Source: Nemertoderma westbladi (lineage: Eukaryota; Animalia; Xenacoelomorpha). From it: DNA of 64,000 bases. The notes beneath the pieces are model-generated. The model was not told the origin of the DNA and searched no databases. It saw nothing but the letters and a program-made list of their open reading frames with translations. The first letter of the stretch is position 1; each line of letters opens with the position of its first letter. The translations under genes were made by a program, and so were the position numbers. Shown piece after piece: positions 48,001 through 62,395 of the stretch. The stretch covers positions 1 to 64,000 of the forward strand of contig JAUCBJ010000785.1 in NCBI GenBank assembly GCA_032718475.1, in the 5' to 3' direction.

Positions 48001-51000
48001 CGATTAATTCCATGTGACGTCCAAATCCTTGAAAGCCCATTCAAGGCTGGCCATGCCTTTACCTTACGACTAAAGACCTACCGACCTGCCGACCCGACAT
48101 GACAAGGTTCCAGCCAACAACACAAAATCTTTATTTATTTACAGGTTTGCAGAACATTTCATTGTAAATTGCATCTTTAATACCGGTATACAGGGTAGGT
48201 ATTGTAGGATTCAGATAATAGTCCTTTTACCTTAGTTATACGGATACTATTGTTATTGTCACTCCGATAAAGCCGTACCAATGAACTGCTACAAGATAAC
48301 CTTTAGACCAAATCGAATGGTCAATATTTATATAAAATATATCGGTTGATTCTTTGGAAAACCGATAGGAGAGCCGCAAATGGATTTTATGTTATTGTTA
48401 AGGTTGAATTACACCAAATTATATAGGCATGGTTGCCTTCTTCCGGTTGGAATTTAAAAGTGTATAAAATCATTATTGTTAACATATCTGTGATTTGCGG
48501 AATTTGTGCAATGGTTAGTGGTTACTAACCATTGCACAAATTCCACAAATCACATGTTAACAATAATGATTTTATACTCTTTTAAATTACAGCAGTACAA
48601 TAGTTAATAGCAGTACAATACATAAGCCTACAACAGTTTAGTAATTTATTACACAATTCTGATATTGAATGGAGCCTTTGTGCATAACGTCAGCTACAGA
48701 ATGCGCTGTTTCATGATAAGGTCACAGTTGTATTCTCTCAAAATAATTGTTTCATTGCGCTGCACATACAGTAAGTTTCTTAAACGCAAAATATGCGCGC
48801 GCAATAAAAATTCATCCCTCTCCAGGGGAAATTCAAATTCGACACAAATAACAGCTGATTACTCTCAAAAATAAAACTGTAACCTGTTATATTGTGTTTA
48901 GTTTATTGTTTTGGTTAAAGTAACGTGCCATTGTAACCTGCTCCTTTCCCTAAATTGAGAGTTTAACATTGAGGCGGGTTTTGCTTCCAGTTTCACCCTG
49001 TCTCTATTTGTTTATTGGCTGCTTGCCTGCTGGCTTATTGGCTGCTAATTTCTACTGACAGCTATATGAAGTTCTCTTGGATGGAAAGAAACCAGAATTT
49101 TTAACACGAACAATTTTTCATTTTTTTTCGGCTAATGAAAAGCAACACTAGCTATGCCTCTGCTCTCTTTGGGTAATGTGATATAATAATCGAACTCAAT
49201 TAATAGGCAACATTATACATGAAATTGCTAATAATTTTTCATCTATATCGTTAATTTACCTAATAGGCCTATTAATGCGTGATATGATTTTATGACAATT
49301 TATAAGCAGAAATTAATATATGATTTAATGGGTATCCGAGATCAGAGCTACAAGGAAATCCCCGATTAGGAATGAAGATATTTGTAAATTTAACATCCAT
49401 AAAATAAGAACGTCTTATGAATCTCTTATGTTGATATACAAATTATAATGTTGATATCAAGACAAATAAACAAACAAAATTATAACTGATATAATATTAT
49501 CTATTGGGGTGATAACGTTATGTCATTCGATTATTAGGAAAACCGATTACAAATAAAGATAACAAAACGTAATACTTTTCGCAGAAAAATTTTTATAATT
49601 TTTTTGAATAATATTTTTGTTTAATAATAGTCCAATTGTCTAAAAATATAACACTACCTTATGTAACTAAAAATGTGTCTTCTAAATAATGGAAGCCGTC
49701 ACATATTTTTGTTAAAGCCATGCGAAGGGAGGGGTAAATAAAATAATCATCATAATACCCTATTGTTTGTTTATCACAAAAGGGAATTCATAAATAAACA
49801 AAAGCAACATTGATTATCTCGTGTTAATGATGTTTACTGGTTTATCCGTATAAAAGTGTTTATAGTAAATGCAGCTCTAATTAGCCAGATCCAAACCGCT
49901 GCGCTGCTGATTAATTGGGAAGTTAGTGCTGCAGAGGATAATAAACTTGTCACTAGTGAAATTTTTCTATACTACGACTATCGCATTCAGTGTTGAAGTG
50001 AAAAGTTCAATAAATCTTTCCTCTTACTTACCTAACTTGCCTACATTATGCAATAAATTGATATACCACTATATTCACACATACTTTTAGAGATCATTGT
50101 GGGAGTTTTAATTCACACTTTGGTATGATTACACATTGCAATTTGCTAATGTCTGTTGTTCTGCTATACAGCCATATACAGCACGCACCTGTCACACCGA
50201 GGTGATTACGTCAGACAAATAATTTCTCATAAACTGATTGTTTAGAAATCTATAGCAATAATGTATTTCACGCTTTGGTATTATTATTACTGGGCATCGT
50301 CAACAACAATATATTATGTTGGTGACGGGGGTAGCTAATCGATTTTCACATGTCATTTGCTCCGAGTAATGCGTGTTAATTCGTTACCTAGTACCCGCTA
50401 ATTCTTATAAGATTTGGCACTCATTTCCTACGAGTTAAGTAACTGCAGGATGTATCATGTTAGAGTGTGAACCGTATGTTTAGTGGCGCGAGAAAGGATT
50501 AGTGGCCAAGCTTTGTAGTTTTTTCTCAATTAGCATTAGCAGACGGTTTTATATAATAAAACCTCAACTAAATATTACGCGTTCGTGGGGCGTCGCGCAG
50601 CACGCGAACTTGAGCCAGTTCGAAACAAGTTCATTTTATCTGGAGTCAAAAGTTCGAGAGGTATTTGTCCGTAACGTTAAAAAATATTGCAACTTTTTCT
50701 CTAGTATGCCCATACAAAATTTTTTAACCATAAAAAAATGGTGAAAATCTTGTAAATTTATTTAGGAATGAATTTTTCATTACAGACAGACAGACTGACG
50801 GACATGAAATTTTGGGTGACACGTCAACTGAACCAAAGTCAATTGAACCACGTCAATTGAACCACGTCAATTGAACCATGCGTCAATTGACCCAGCGTCA
50901 ATTGAACCAGCGTCAATTGAACCAAGCGTCAATTGAACCAAGCGTCAATTGAACCAAGCGTCAATTGAACCAAGCGTCAATTGAACCAAGTGTCAGTTGA

Positions 51001-54000
51001 ACCAAGTGACAATTGAACAAAAGAATTCACTAGCTACCATAAAAAAAAACAATAGCTAACGTCTAACAGAAGATGACATTAATGTTCTAAAACAAAAATA
51101 TTATGTTAGTGTTATTATATTAGCTATAGTTTTGTAAAAAAAAATGTTCAAGAACAAATATATTTTGTTCTAGAATATTTTTTAAATAATTATAATTCCT
51201 AATAATTACCTTAAAATGTTAATCTGTTGCCTTTAAATACTTCAAAATATTATTCTAGAATGTTTTTTAATGTTTACAGTAGTAAGTTCACGTTAGGATC
51301 AATTGATGGGTGATAAACTTTGGTTCAATTGACGTGTGGTTCAATTGACGTGTGGTTCAATTGACGTTGGTTCAATTGACGCTGGGTCAATTGACGCATG
51401 GTTCAATTGACGTGGTTCAATTGACGTGGTTCAATTGACGTTGGTTCAATTGACATGGAACCGAAATTTTGCCATATTTACAAATTATAAGAGTGCGCTA
51501 AGGCTCGCCCTGACTGCGTGGCTCGCCCCACAATACACACACAAATGAAAAGCCGTATAATGCACATTTTATTAATTAAACCACTGTACTTACTGCAACT
51601 GACTAGACAACAAACTGTAACAGCACTTTACGAATTTTTTACGGCAGTACTTCACAATACTATTAACTATTGAGTGACATGACACAACTGCACTACATAC
51701 GGGACACTAACTAAATTAAACCTGGGGAAAAGGTGAGAGAGGTGGGTATATTAAATTATTTAATAACTTAAAAGTTAAATTTGCTTCTAAATATAAGGAA
51801 ATATACATTGTGAAGTTGAATCTTTAAGTGTGAAGCATTGGTTCCTGTAGAAGATACACCCCCCCCCCCCCCCCCCCCGCGCCATAATGTTTAAGTAGAA
51901 TGCAACAGGATTTGATGGCATACCCTCTACCCGAGTACCAAACAGAGCATGAAATAAATTTTAATGGTGATGAAACATTAAAAGGGTTCCATATGATTAC
52001 TAACTTTGGCGCAACGGTTTGTATTTCAGTCACTGACTGCCTTGCCTATATTGTCTGTAATGGAAGTTTATTAATCCCCAAATCCAATTAATCCCCTATT
52101 ATTATTATTCTGGTATTGACTTAGTGTGTTCGTGTATATTAGGAAGTAAGATGTACAATAGATTTGTGCATATAGGCGCATATTGTGGCGTGAATACATA
52201 TGGGGCGATGTTAGCTGAACAGTTGTTCGCGAATAATATATCGCGCCACTGTCACTCCCTAACCTTAATAAAGAAAAGCTGCGGAGAGCAATGCTTTATT
52301 AAGAGAGTAATCAATAAAGGGAAACCGACGGGATAAGTTAATATCGATTTAAATACTTCCAATAAATTTACATCGACGGATTGCAATAATTATACTCGGT
52401 TGCCTTTATTGGCTTTCTGTTGGAGACCGTATTATGAGCACAACGTATAATAAATTAATATATATTATTAATAAGTCTCATGGAAAGCAGCCTATACATA
52501 GATCATATGTGGATTAATATGACTGATATATAATATTTTAATATATTTTTACTTGTTATAATAAATCTAATAATCTAATATGGCTATTATCAGGGGGGAT
52601 CAACTTATGGCAACCCCCCCTCCCCTCCCCAGTGTTAATATTTGCAGATCAAGATAGATTATTAATTAACATATAATATTAACAAATATTAATTAGCAAT
52701 AAAATAACCAGCCAAATAACTTACCAATAATTGTCACCATCCATATTAGAATATAAGTTAGTCCTGCAATCCAAATTGTCGACATAATAAAACTGATTGG
52801 AAATAATTTTTTCCATCTTGTTTTCCGGACGTCAGGAATGGTAATAAATAATAGTAGATTAATTGGCACGGAGAATATCCAGAGGACAGTTTGGCAGCCC
52901 CCAACAGGCGGGACAAACGGGTTGGTATCATCTCCACTGCCACTCTCCACAAGTTCACCTAATATTGGTAACAATGGAAATACAAAATTAATGTATCAAA
53001 TATATTCTTCGAGCAAAATAATATACAGTAACAACTCACATGTGGGGCGAGCCACGAAGTGAGCGAAGCCTTAGCATATGGGTGCCATAGGCGATTTGTC
53101 TGTCGTCGTCATCTGTCGTCGTCGTCTGTCGTTGTCGTCTGTCGTAAAGATTTGATCGCTAATAACTCGGTTATTCCTTGAGGAAATGAAACGAAACTTG
53201 GTATGTATTCAGTCCGTCAAAAGCTTAGAAAGAATCTGAAGTTTGGTCAAAAACGAACGAACGCAACGAGGCACAAAAGGAGGACGAGTATTGTATTGAA
53301 GACTTCTGACTAACGGCAGACAACTCGTTCATGGTACCCATATGTTAAAGGCTTTGCTCACATCGTGCTGCGCGAAGACCCCACAAACGTGTTATATACT
53401 GTACTGTATATCTAAATTATTTTTATATATAATTAACCAGAAATCGACCCAATTGTGTCAGAAGCTTCTCCTGAAATTGTTAATAATATTATATCTAATG
53501 TGTTTATTTTATGTACCTGATTGATGCGTGAATACTTTCTGGTGATCCATATCCGATTCGGTATCCTTCACTACATCCGCATCTGTTGTCTTCTCGGTGG
53601 GCTTATTGTCACCCATGGGAATAACTACAACGTCTTTAACTAATGGCGTATCTTCTCCATCAATTCTCCTAAAGTTCATAATATTTTTATAATTTTACTG
53701 TATTTATATGGCATGGGGCACATTTCCGGCCGAAAGTTCGCGATATTCTCGGACATAGAATGACCAGATAATACAAAGTGTCTATATATATTTGTCACTG
53801 TACAGCTGCCCATCTTTTTTAATTTCTGCATTACTGCGACCAGCACCGTTATTCAAATATCCGAAGCAGCAGCTTGGTCTAGTGGTCATATTCCTGGGCT
53901 TCTAATTTGGAAGCCCTCGTTCGATCCCTAGATGGGATATCACTGATGGACTAGATGGGGGCACAGTGCTTTAAATGCTGCAGCCTAGCCCAACCCCGGC

Positions 54001-57000
54001 TTTCATCCTTCAGTGGTCGATAAATGGGAACCCTGTGGAAGATCGCCCATGGTGGTGCAAGGCATTCCTTGGCTTAACGAGCCCAAAATATTCTCCCATT
54101 CAAATATCCATATTGTTCCATTTCATATTTCTAGATCCAGTTTGTTGGCATAACTGTGTTTACATTATACTCGGGGCTGAGAATGTCACTTAGGTTTGTC
54201 ACAACTTTATAATTATTATTATTTTGACAGGATTGTTTCATGTTTTTCATCAAACAAATATTCTAGTCCTGTATTCTGTATACTAACCCTGGACAACATG
54301 AAGCCAGTTTTGGAAGGTGGTTGTTCAGTAATGATTGAATCTTTATTTCTATTAAACCATTGAATTTCATTATTATGATATAAACTACGTAGACACAAAG
54401 GAATGTTGTTGCTTCGGCCCAATGAACGTAGTCGTTGTCTAGAAATATGATAAGGAGAAGGACGCTGATCAGATAGAAGAAACAGTCTCTAAACATTGGC
54501 CACCAGTTGAGAATTATTATCTGGAAGAAAAAAGGGTGAAATAGAAATCAAATATTAGTTCGCATAAATAAAAAAAAATGCACAATAATTGTAAAAATAA
54601 TAGTAAAAATACACTGGGGGATATAATGTTTTAACTCATATAGACAAATAATAAAATATATAACTAAAACATAAATAAGCTCAGGGTATTAGAGTGTTCA
54701 TTGGGCTCATGTATTGGATAAGGGGATGGGGAACTCATAGAAGTTCTAGAAATCCTACCATACCCGATGGTGGAAATCCTACCATACCCGATGGTGGAAA
54801 TCCTACCATACCCGATGGTAGAAATACTACATACCCGATGGTAGAAATCCTACATACCCGATGGTGGAAATCCTACCATACCCGATGGTAGAAATACTAC
54901 ATACCCGATGGTAGAAATCCTACATACCCGATGGTGGAAATCCTACCATACCCGATGGTAGAAATCCTACATACCCGATGGTAGAAATCCTACATACCCG
55001 ATGGTAGAAATACAACCGTACCCGATGGTGGAAATCCTACCATACCCGATGGTAGAAATCCTACATACCCCATGGTAGAAATCCTACCATACCCGATGGT
55101 GGAAATCCTACCATACCCGATGGTAGAAATACTACATACCCGATGGTAGAAATCCTACATACCCGATGGTGGAAATCCTACCATACCCGATGGTAGAAAT
55201 CCTACATACCCGATGGTAGAAATCCTACATACCCGATGGTAGAAATACAACCGTACCCGATGGTGGAAATCCTACCATACCCGATGGTAGAAATCCTACA
55301 TACCCCATGGTAGAATTCCTACATACCCGATGGAAGAAATCCTACCGTACCCGATGGTAGAAATCCTACATACCCAATGGTAGAATTCCTACATACCCGA
55401 TGGTAGAAATCCTACCGTACCCGATGGTAGAAATACAACTGTACCCGATGGTGGAAATCCTACCATACCCGATGGTAGAAATCCTACATACCCCATGGTA
55501 GAATTCCTACATACCCGATGGAAGAAATCCTACCGTACCCGATGGTAGAAATCCTACATACCCAATGGTAGAATTCCTACATACCCGATGGTAGAAATCC
55601 TACCGTACCCGATGGTAGAAATACAACTGTACCCGATGGTGGAAATCCTACCATACCCGATGGTAGAAATCCTACATACCCCATGGTAGAATTCCTACAT
55701 ACCCGATGGAAGAAATCCTACCGTACCCGATGGTAGAAATCCTACATACCCAATGGTAGAATTCCTACATACCCGATGGTAGAAATCCTACCGTACCCGA
55801 TGGTAGAAATACAACTGTACCCGATGGTGGAAATCCTACCATACCCGATGGTAGAAATCCTACATACCCGATGGTAGAATTTCTACATACCCGATGGTAG
55901 AAATCCTACCGTACCCGATGGTGGAAATCCTACCATACCCGATAGTGGAATTCCTACATACCCGATGGTAGAAATACTACATACCCGATGGTAGAAATAC
56001 AACCATACCCGATGGTGGAAATCCTACCATACCCGATGGTAGAAATCCTGCATACCCGATGGTAGAATGCCTACATACCCGATGGTAGAAATCCTACCGT
56101 ACCCGATGGTAGAAATCCTACATACCCAATGGTAGAATTCCTACATACCCGATGGTAGAAATCATACCGTACCCGATGGTGGAAATCCTGCTGTACCCGA
56201 TGGTGGAAATCGTTCCATACCCGATGGTGGAAATCCTACCATACCCGATGGTAGAAATCCTACATACCCGATGGTAGAAATCCTACATACCCGATGGTAG
56301 AAATACAACCGTACCCGATGGTGGAAATCCTACCATACCCGATGGTAGAAATCCTACATACCCCATGGTAGAATTCCTACATACCCGATGGAAGAAATCC
56401 TACCGTACCCGATGGTAGAAATCCTACATACCCAATGGTAGAATTCCTACATACCCGATGGTAGAAATCCTACCGTACCCGATGGTAGAAATACAACTGT
56501 ACCCGATGGTGGAAATCCTACCATACCCGATGGTAGAAATCCTACATACCCGATGGTAGAATTTCTACATACCCGATGGTAGAAATCCTACCGTACCCGA
56601 TGGTGGAAATCCTACCATACCCGATAGTGGAATTCCTACATACCCGATGGTAGAAATACTACATACCCGATGGTAGAAATACAACCATACCCGATGGTGG
56701 AAATCCTACCATACCCGATGGTAGAAATCCTGCATACCCGATGGTAGAATGCCTACATACCCGATGGTAGAAATCCTACCGTACCCGATGGTAGAAATCC
56801 TACATACCCAATGGTAGAATTCCTACATACCCGATGGTAGAAATCCTACCGTACCCGATGGTGGAAATCCTGCTGTACCCAATGGTGGAAATCGTTCCAT
56901 ACCCGATGGTGGAAATCCTACCATACCCGATGGTAGAAATCCTACATACCCGATGTTGGAAATCTTGCCATACCCGATGGTGGAAATCCTACGTACCCGA

Positions 57001-59757
57001 TGGTAGAATTCCTACGTACCCGATGGTAGAAATCCTACCGTACCCGATGGTGGAAATCCTACTGTACCCGATGGTGGAAATCCTACATACTCGATGTTGG
57101 AAATCCTATGTACACGATGGTAGAATTCCTACGTACCCGATGGTGGAAATCCTACTGTACCCGATAGTGGAAATCCTAACCTACATGATGGTAATAATTT
57201 TGTTTTATATAAGTTTGATTTTTGCGATTAAAGTTCAAGTTCGTGCGAGATGATCATGCGAGTTGCATCCCAATTCATTATTGTATGGATGTTACAATTA
57301 AAGGATAGGAATCCGCATGTATCAAGCAATAATGACTGATGGATTGGTAAAATTCATTGGTGTGTGAAAGAAAGCATGAGTGTGTCTCCCACTTTCCTGA
57401 GAAGGCAGGAAAGCACAAACAATAGGCTCACCAAATGGTCCGCAGTTGATGCCTTTAACTCCCGGACTGCATTTTTGAATGATATGCTATGGTAATATGG
57501 GAATATGTGGTGCGGTCACTACTGATTAGACTCAATGCCAATTAGTTTTGAACTTCCTCAACCGATGACAATCCTGAAATTCCTCCCATCTTCTCTACTA
57601 CGGTTTGCAGACCTTCTAGATCAACACATTAGGCATCGGTAAGTTACGATATGAAGATGGGAACTTATTGGTTAATCTGACCTGCAAATTTCTCCCCTTA
57701 TGCTTATGACTCAGACATAATACTATGTTCACCAAAGGTAATGAAACAGGGGTTCCATCCAAGAACTCCAATGTGTTATTTGGTAAAACCACTGGTAAAC
57801 AGCACATTCTCTAGATGGTGTTTTGACATGGTGTTGTTAAGCTGTTGTTGGAAATTAGCTTAAATTTTACTGCTATTCCGAAGTCTTTATTGATCCAATT
57901 ATATTCAAGGTCGTCCGCCCTTGTAATTTCTATCATTATTGTAGAGTTACGCTGCCATGGTAATGGTCAGTTTTAAACTGCAATTGGGTGGTGCACTCCA
58001 TACCAACATTACCTTTTATAACAGGTATTATGTATTTTAAATTTTCCTTTTAGAAAAATATATATAACTATGTTACAACTAAACTTACCTTTCCAGCAAA
58101 CAATCCACACAAAGATACTATAAATAGAATATTGAAGACAGCGCTACCAACTATAGTTCCAACACCAATATCACCTCCAGTAACAAAAACGGCTGCAAAA
58201 ATAAAGTATACTTTGCTGTAAAAATAATCTGGAATAAAAAAATCAATTACATGATAAAAATATATATGCAAACAATTTACTTATAGTATAAAGATTCGTA
58301 ATTAATTTAATAATTTATAATTAATTTATTTAATAAAGTTTACTGACCAAATATTGAAGTGAATAGTTCTGGAGCAGAACTACCAGCAGCCATGAAGGTT
58401 GCCCCAGCAACATCTGGTTCCAAATTCAAACCTGAAAAGAAAAATTATTTTTATATTATTCAACAAATTATCTAAAAAATGTAACATTAAAGAAATGTAC
58501 ACGAGGCGTGGCATTTTACTTAACTCACTTGTAATATTTTAAATTAAATATAATACTATTAGTGGTTATGTTCCAAAATTATGCTAATAATATTCAAACA
58601 TTTGTTATTCACTATTTTTGATGAATTATTAAACATTATTTATTTCATGGGTGAGATAACGGCGTAGATTGACCACAATCACCAAAAAATAACGGACCGG
58701 TACATGTTTTTGCAAAGATCCTGAAATTTTTAGAATCAGGTTCCTTATTATATTTCAAACTAACATAATAACTAAAAACCAGTAACTAGTAACCTACTCA
58801 CTAACTTTCACATATCACCTCCAATGTTGGTACAAAATAATCGTCACACACAATAGCTAATCCAAGGAACAAGTACATGGAGATTAAACAATGAATGATA
58901 ACTCCTCCTTGTTTCCGCTCCGTCTGGGTAAAGAAATCTTCGGGAAATTCTGCGATCGTTGGGTTGGTACAATTTTTATTCTTTTTACTTTCCGAGTCGC
59001 TTTCATTCTGACTAACTAGCGCCTCATCAGCAGCAACGAGCAGATTTCGGGAATGGACAGCATCATATCCACCTGCATTAGTGTAAAATTGTAAAGTGAA
59101 AAGCGATTTGTAATAGAAAATATAAAATAGTTAATTAATAAGAAGTCTTCCATCAGTAAGAGTGTCGATAGAGGATAATGATTGAAAGGGGTTATTTATT
59201 GCCCTATGTTAATAATTTCTTTGACTATTCAATTCAACAATGTGTGATATGTTCCCCTTATTTGGGTGAATTTGTTTTCAAAAACTTAAACTTAAACGTT
59301 CAAAAACAGTAAAGCTACCATGACGCTGCCTTGAGAATGCATATGAAATCGAGATGAAATCGTGAGTTTATAGGGAGATAGATGTTGTTGTGAAATTTTT
59401 TGATGTGCCGACATTTTATTCTCAATGTAGCCTCCATGCAGAATTGCAGCACTGCACCCCCCAATATAGATAGAAAAGCCCCACCCTATATGAATATCAA
59501 GATTATATTGTTCTACTCTTGAACAACTATTTGTACAACTATATTACATCTAGGCTAGGTATATAGATATAATACTTTTGGTGACATTATATACAGATAA
59601 CTATTAACTCACCTTCAAAGTGTGGTTCAAAGGGGTGGATTTGTGAGAGTAGAGAAGACAAGGCGCAAACTGCTATGAAATATCCAATAATATATGGAAG
59701 CAGTTTGATTCTTTGTCTAGGTCGCCATTTGATTCCATTATTGTTAAGATGCCACAT
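45083..59757 (-). CDS. SLC24A: K+-dependent Na+/Ca2+ exchanger (SLC24/NCKX family), ~546 aa; exons 59757-59613, 59072-58806, 58431-58348, 58192-58089, 54520-54288, 53668-53517, 52958-52725, 47382-47281, 45402-45083
   Basis: GT-AG junctions with consistent phases, 1641 nt in total; [23 protein letters not shown], alpha-1 [32 protein letters not shown], alpha-2 [30 protein letters not shown]; start codon less certain. Confidence 0.93.
46840..47140. mobile_element. MITE-like element with long imperfect inverted arms
   Basis: AATTGTTGGGCTAGAAACA..TGAATCGA..TTGTAAAA is mirrored by TTTTACAA..TCGATTCA..TGTTTCTAGCTCAACAATT. Confidence 0.65.
47597..48069 (-). mobile_element. RTE LINE fragment in an SLC24 intron
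   Basis: Closely matches 5445-5920 and 32628-33100. Confidence 0.88.
48451..48588. repeat. Near-perfect ~140-bp palindrome (arms ~67 bp, 4-nt loop)
   Basis: ...GGAATTTGTGCAATGGTTAGT-GGTT-ACTAACCATTGCACAAATTCC... Confidence 0.9.
50580..51532 (-). mobile_element. Helentron/DINE-1-like non-autonomous element (host of the foldback MITE)
   Basis: Subterminal GTGGGG...CCCCAC, (GACA)n microsatellite; ends match 53040-53390 in reverse. Confidence 0.55.
50815..51462. mobile_element. Foldback/Mutator-like MITE with tandem-repeat TIRs and a 9-bp TSD
   Basis: TSD GAAATTTTG at 50806-50814 and 51463-51471; left arm (GTCAATTGAACCAAGC)n, right arm (GGTTCAATTGACG..)n; ends GGT...ACC. Confidence 0.85.
53040..53390 (+). 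mobile_element. Helentron/DINE-1-like non-autonomous element
   Basis: TGTGGGG...CCCCACA subterminal inverted repeats, (GTC/GTCT)n microsatellite, TAACTCGG..AAACTTGGT core. Confidence 0.55.
53866..54097 (+). mobile_element. Degenerate tRNA-derived SINE
   Basis: A box TGGTCTAGTGG, B box GTTCGATCCC, body GCTTTCATCCTTCAGTGGTCGATAAATGGGAACC. Confidence 0.6.
54748..57192. repeat. Intronic minisatellite of 23-24-bp units (AAATCCTAC(C)ATACCCGATGGT(A/G)G), ~100 copies
   Basis: Read directly; no unique spacers. Confidence 0.97.
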
Positions 59758-59944
59758 ATCTGATGGCTATACGATATGTCCCAACATGGCAAGAAATATG
59801 ATAGTGAACTGCTTTCCTCCCCCACAGAACATACTACTCCACAATATTATTAACTGTCCTTATATATAGTTTTTGTTATAATATTATACTATAATACTTA
59901 ACTTTAAATAATTTGTATACTGAAGAAAAAATGCACTTGAACAA

Positions 59945-60311
59945 CGATTTGATGCTTGATTCTACACAAGACTACAAAGGGCAGCCCTAAACATCAGCTG
60001 GAGACAACACATGACAAACGCCGAGCTTTATGGTACAATACCACCTGTATCAACCACCCTCCGTGAACGCGATTAATTTTCAGTGGGCACCGCTGGAAAA
60101 GTAAAGACGAGGTCATACCAGATCTACTTTTCTGGCAACAAACTCATGGAAAGCGTAGTCGTGGACGCGACCGGCCATAACATATTGAAAGGGATACTGA
60201 ACTTGGGAGAAATGAAATTGCGACAACTATGGAGAATCGGGAAGCCTGGAAGGATCTCATTTTCTCTGTCCGAGCGGCTGAGCCCACTGAGCGTAGGTAC
60301 TTAGGTAGTAG
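59945..60311 (+). mobile_element. RTE LINE 3' fragment (second family)
   Basis: Inverted match to 62000-62340; ends in TAGGTAGTAG. Confidence 0.8.
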
Positions 60312-61999
60312 TTAAATCATTTAATTAAGGACTTGAGACTAAAACTAATCTACTTTGTATACAGTATAATTTAATAATGCGTTTCTAACTGCCATGCTAG
60401 TTTCTTAGAATAGAGATAAATAGTGTAGGTGGTTCGAACTGCTACTGACAAGGTTGTTATACACTGTAGCTTTAATAATACAATACTTGAGAATTAGACG
60501 AGCACAGGAATTACACAGTGCCAAAATAATAGTCAGCAACGCCAGTTACAGAATCAGCTACAAGATAGAATCAGATCAATTAGTATCAGTATCAATTCAG
60601 TATCAATTCAGTATCAATTATCATGAAGGTAGACTTCCGCTGGGACTAGGATTCGAACCATGGACGAGGGGAACACAATCCGAGTGATTACATTACAGTG
60701 ACAAAATTACTAATCTGAATTAACATAACAGATACATAACAACTATAAACTGTAAGCCTAATTAGTATTATTTATCATTTATTTGCTAAAAACTCAATCT
60801 ATTAAAATTTCATGAGTCATTTAATACACAAATAATTTTCTGATAATTGACAGTAAAGCAGTGACACTTTTACAGGTTTCCAGGTATCAGATTGCCTATA
60901 CATTCTTATACAGTACATACCATAATACTACGACTTAACGCTATTACTGTTAAATACTAATTTGATACTGTGTAGGCTGCTGCAAGCTTCATTTATTAAT
61001 ATCCTAAACTATTCCTAAAAATATTCTGCAAAATATTGCTAGACTCAATTAAGTTTGTTTTTATTTCGTTTCAAATAGACAATTCTGAAAGGAAAAATGT
61101 GAAAATTAAATAATGTTTTATCAATAACAATTTGGAACATAAATATATTTGCAGAACATTTTGTTTATTATATGATATCATAGATTATAAACATCACAAA
61201 TTATATTATTATAGATAATTCAGTACAAAGTACAATCATTTTTTTTCTAAATCTCGGTATAATATTGTGTGTGTATTGTATTAGGATTATAATATAGCTA
61301 AATAGATGGGTCAAATTAGAGGAATACCAACATTTAACAACAACATTAATTTATGCAATTTTCTCGGTATCTCAGTGCTAATTGTATTGGAGTTAAACTG
61401 AATGTGATTTCTTGAAATGTCTTTTGTACAGTAAATTGTTCCATGTGTCAGAAATTTGTTTCCGAATAATATACACCAAAATTTCTCTGTCTAAAATTTA
61501 CGAAATATGCCGATGTGATGGATATGAGCAGCACGGCTTTACATTTGGCATCTAACATTAGTTTAAATGATTTCAATACGACAAGAATGTTCAAATTTAT
61601 CAAAAATACTCAAAGAGTAAGGGGAAGCTAAGAACATTTCAATACCCCAATGGAACCAAAGCACAGCTGGATTACATCCTTATCAACAAAAAGTGGATGA
61701 AAAACATGATTAATTTGTAAATAAATTTGTTAAAAACAGCTCGTTTAACCTAATTGGTACGGGCCACATAATTGAGACTCAAATATGTAACTCATTTTAA
61801 TTCAGAGCCATAATATTGTATTTAGATACTTCCGATTTCATTAAAAAAATAAATTAATTGTGAGAAAGAGATAGATAACAGAAAAAAAAAATCAAAAAAT
61901 AAATCAAATTAAAAGATGGAACTGAAAAATGGTATGTAAAAGCTAAAAGCCAGAAACTAAAAATATATTAACTGTGGCCTTTTTCTATTGTAGTTGCTG

Positions 62000-62395
62000 C
62001 TAGGTCGAGCGAGCGAACTCGGGCAGTGGAAATGAGATCCTTCCAGGCTTCCCGATTCTCCATAGTTGTCGCAATTTCGTTTCTCCCAAGTTCAGTATCC
62101 CGTTCAAGTTGATCTATATATGTTATGGCCGGTCGTCCACGACTACGCTTTACTTGTGTTGGTTGCCAGAAAAGTAGATCTGGTATGACCTCGTCTTTAC
62201 TTCGTCAACAGTGCCCACTGAATCTTAATCTGCGTTCACGGAGGGTGGTTGATACAGGTGGTATAATATAGTACCACCATAAAGTTGTCTCCAGCTGATG
62301 TTTATGGCTGCCCTTAGTAGTCTTGTGTAGCACCCATCAATTTCACCCCCGTAAAAAACTTTCCACTGTTGTGGCTCGAATGAGTTTTAATTTTT
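62000..62395 (-). mobile_element. RTE LINE 3' fragment (second family)
   Basis: Matches 35415-35592 directly and 59960-60270 inverted. Confidence 0.8.

Noticed and set aside
54748-57192. CRISPR-like array of palindromic 23-24-bp repeats
   Set aside because: Units are head-to-tail with no unique spacers, there are no cas genes, and the context is a eukaryotic intron
56834-57253. 139-aa repetitive ORF (MVEILPYP)n
   Set aside because: Translation of the minisatellite
57240-57960. Coding-like stretch on the minus strand in an SLC24 intron
   Set aside because: Stops in the frames I read and no recognisable motif
60630-60700. Possible tRNA (B-box GGTTCGAATCC on the minus strand)
   Set aside because: No cloverleaf; at most a SINE remnant
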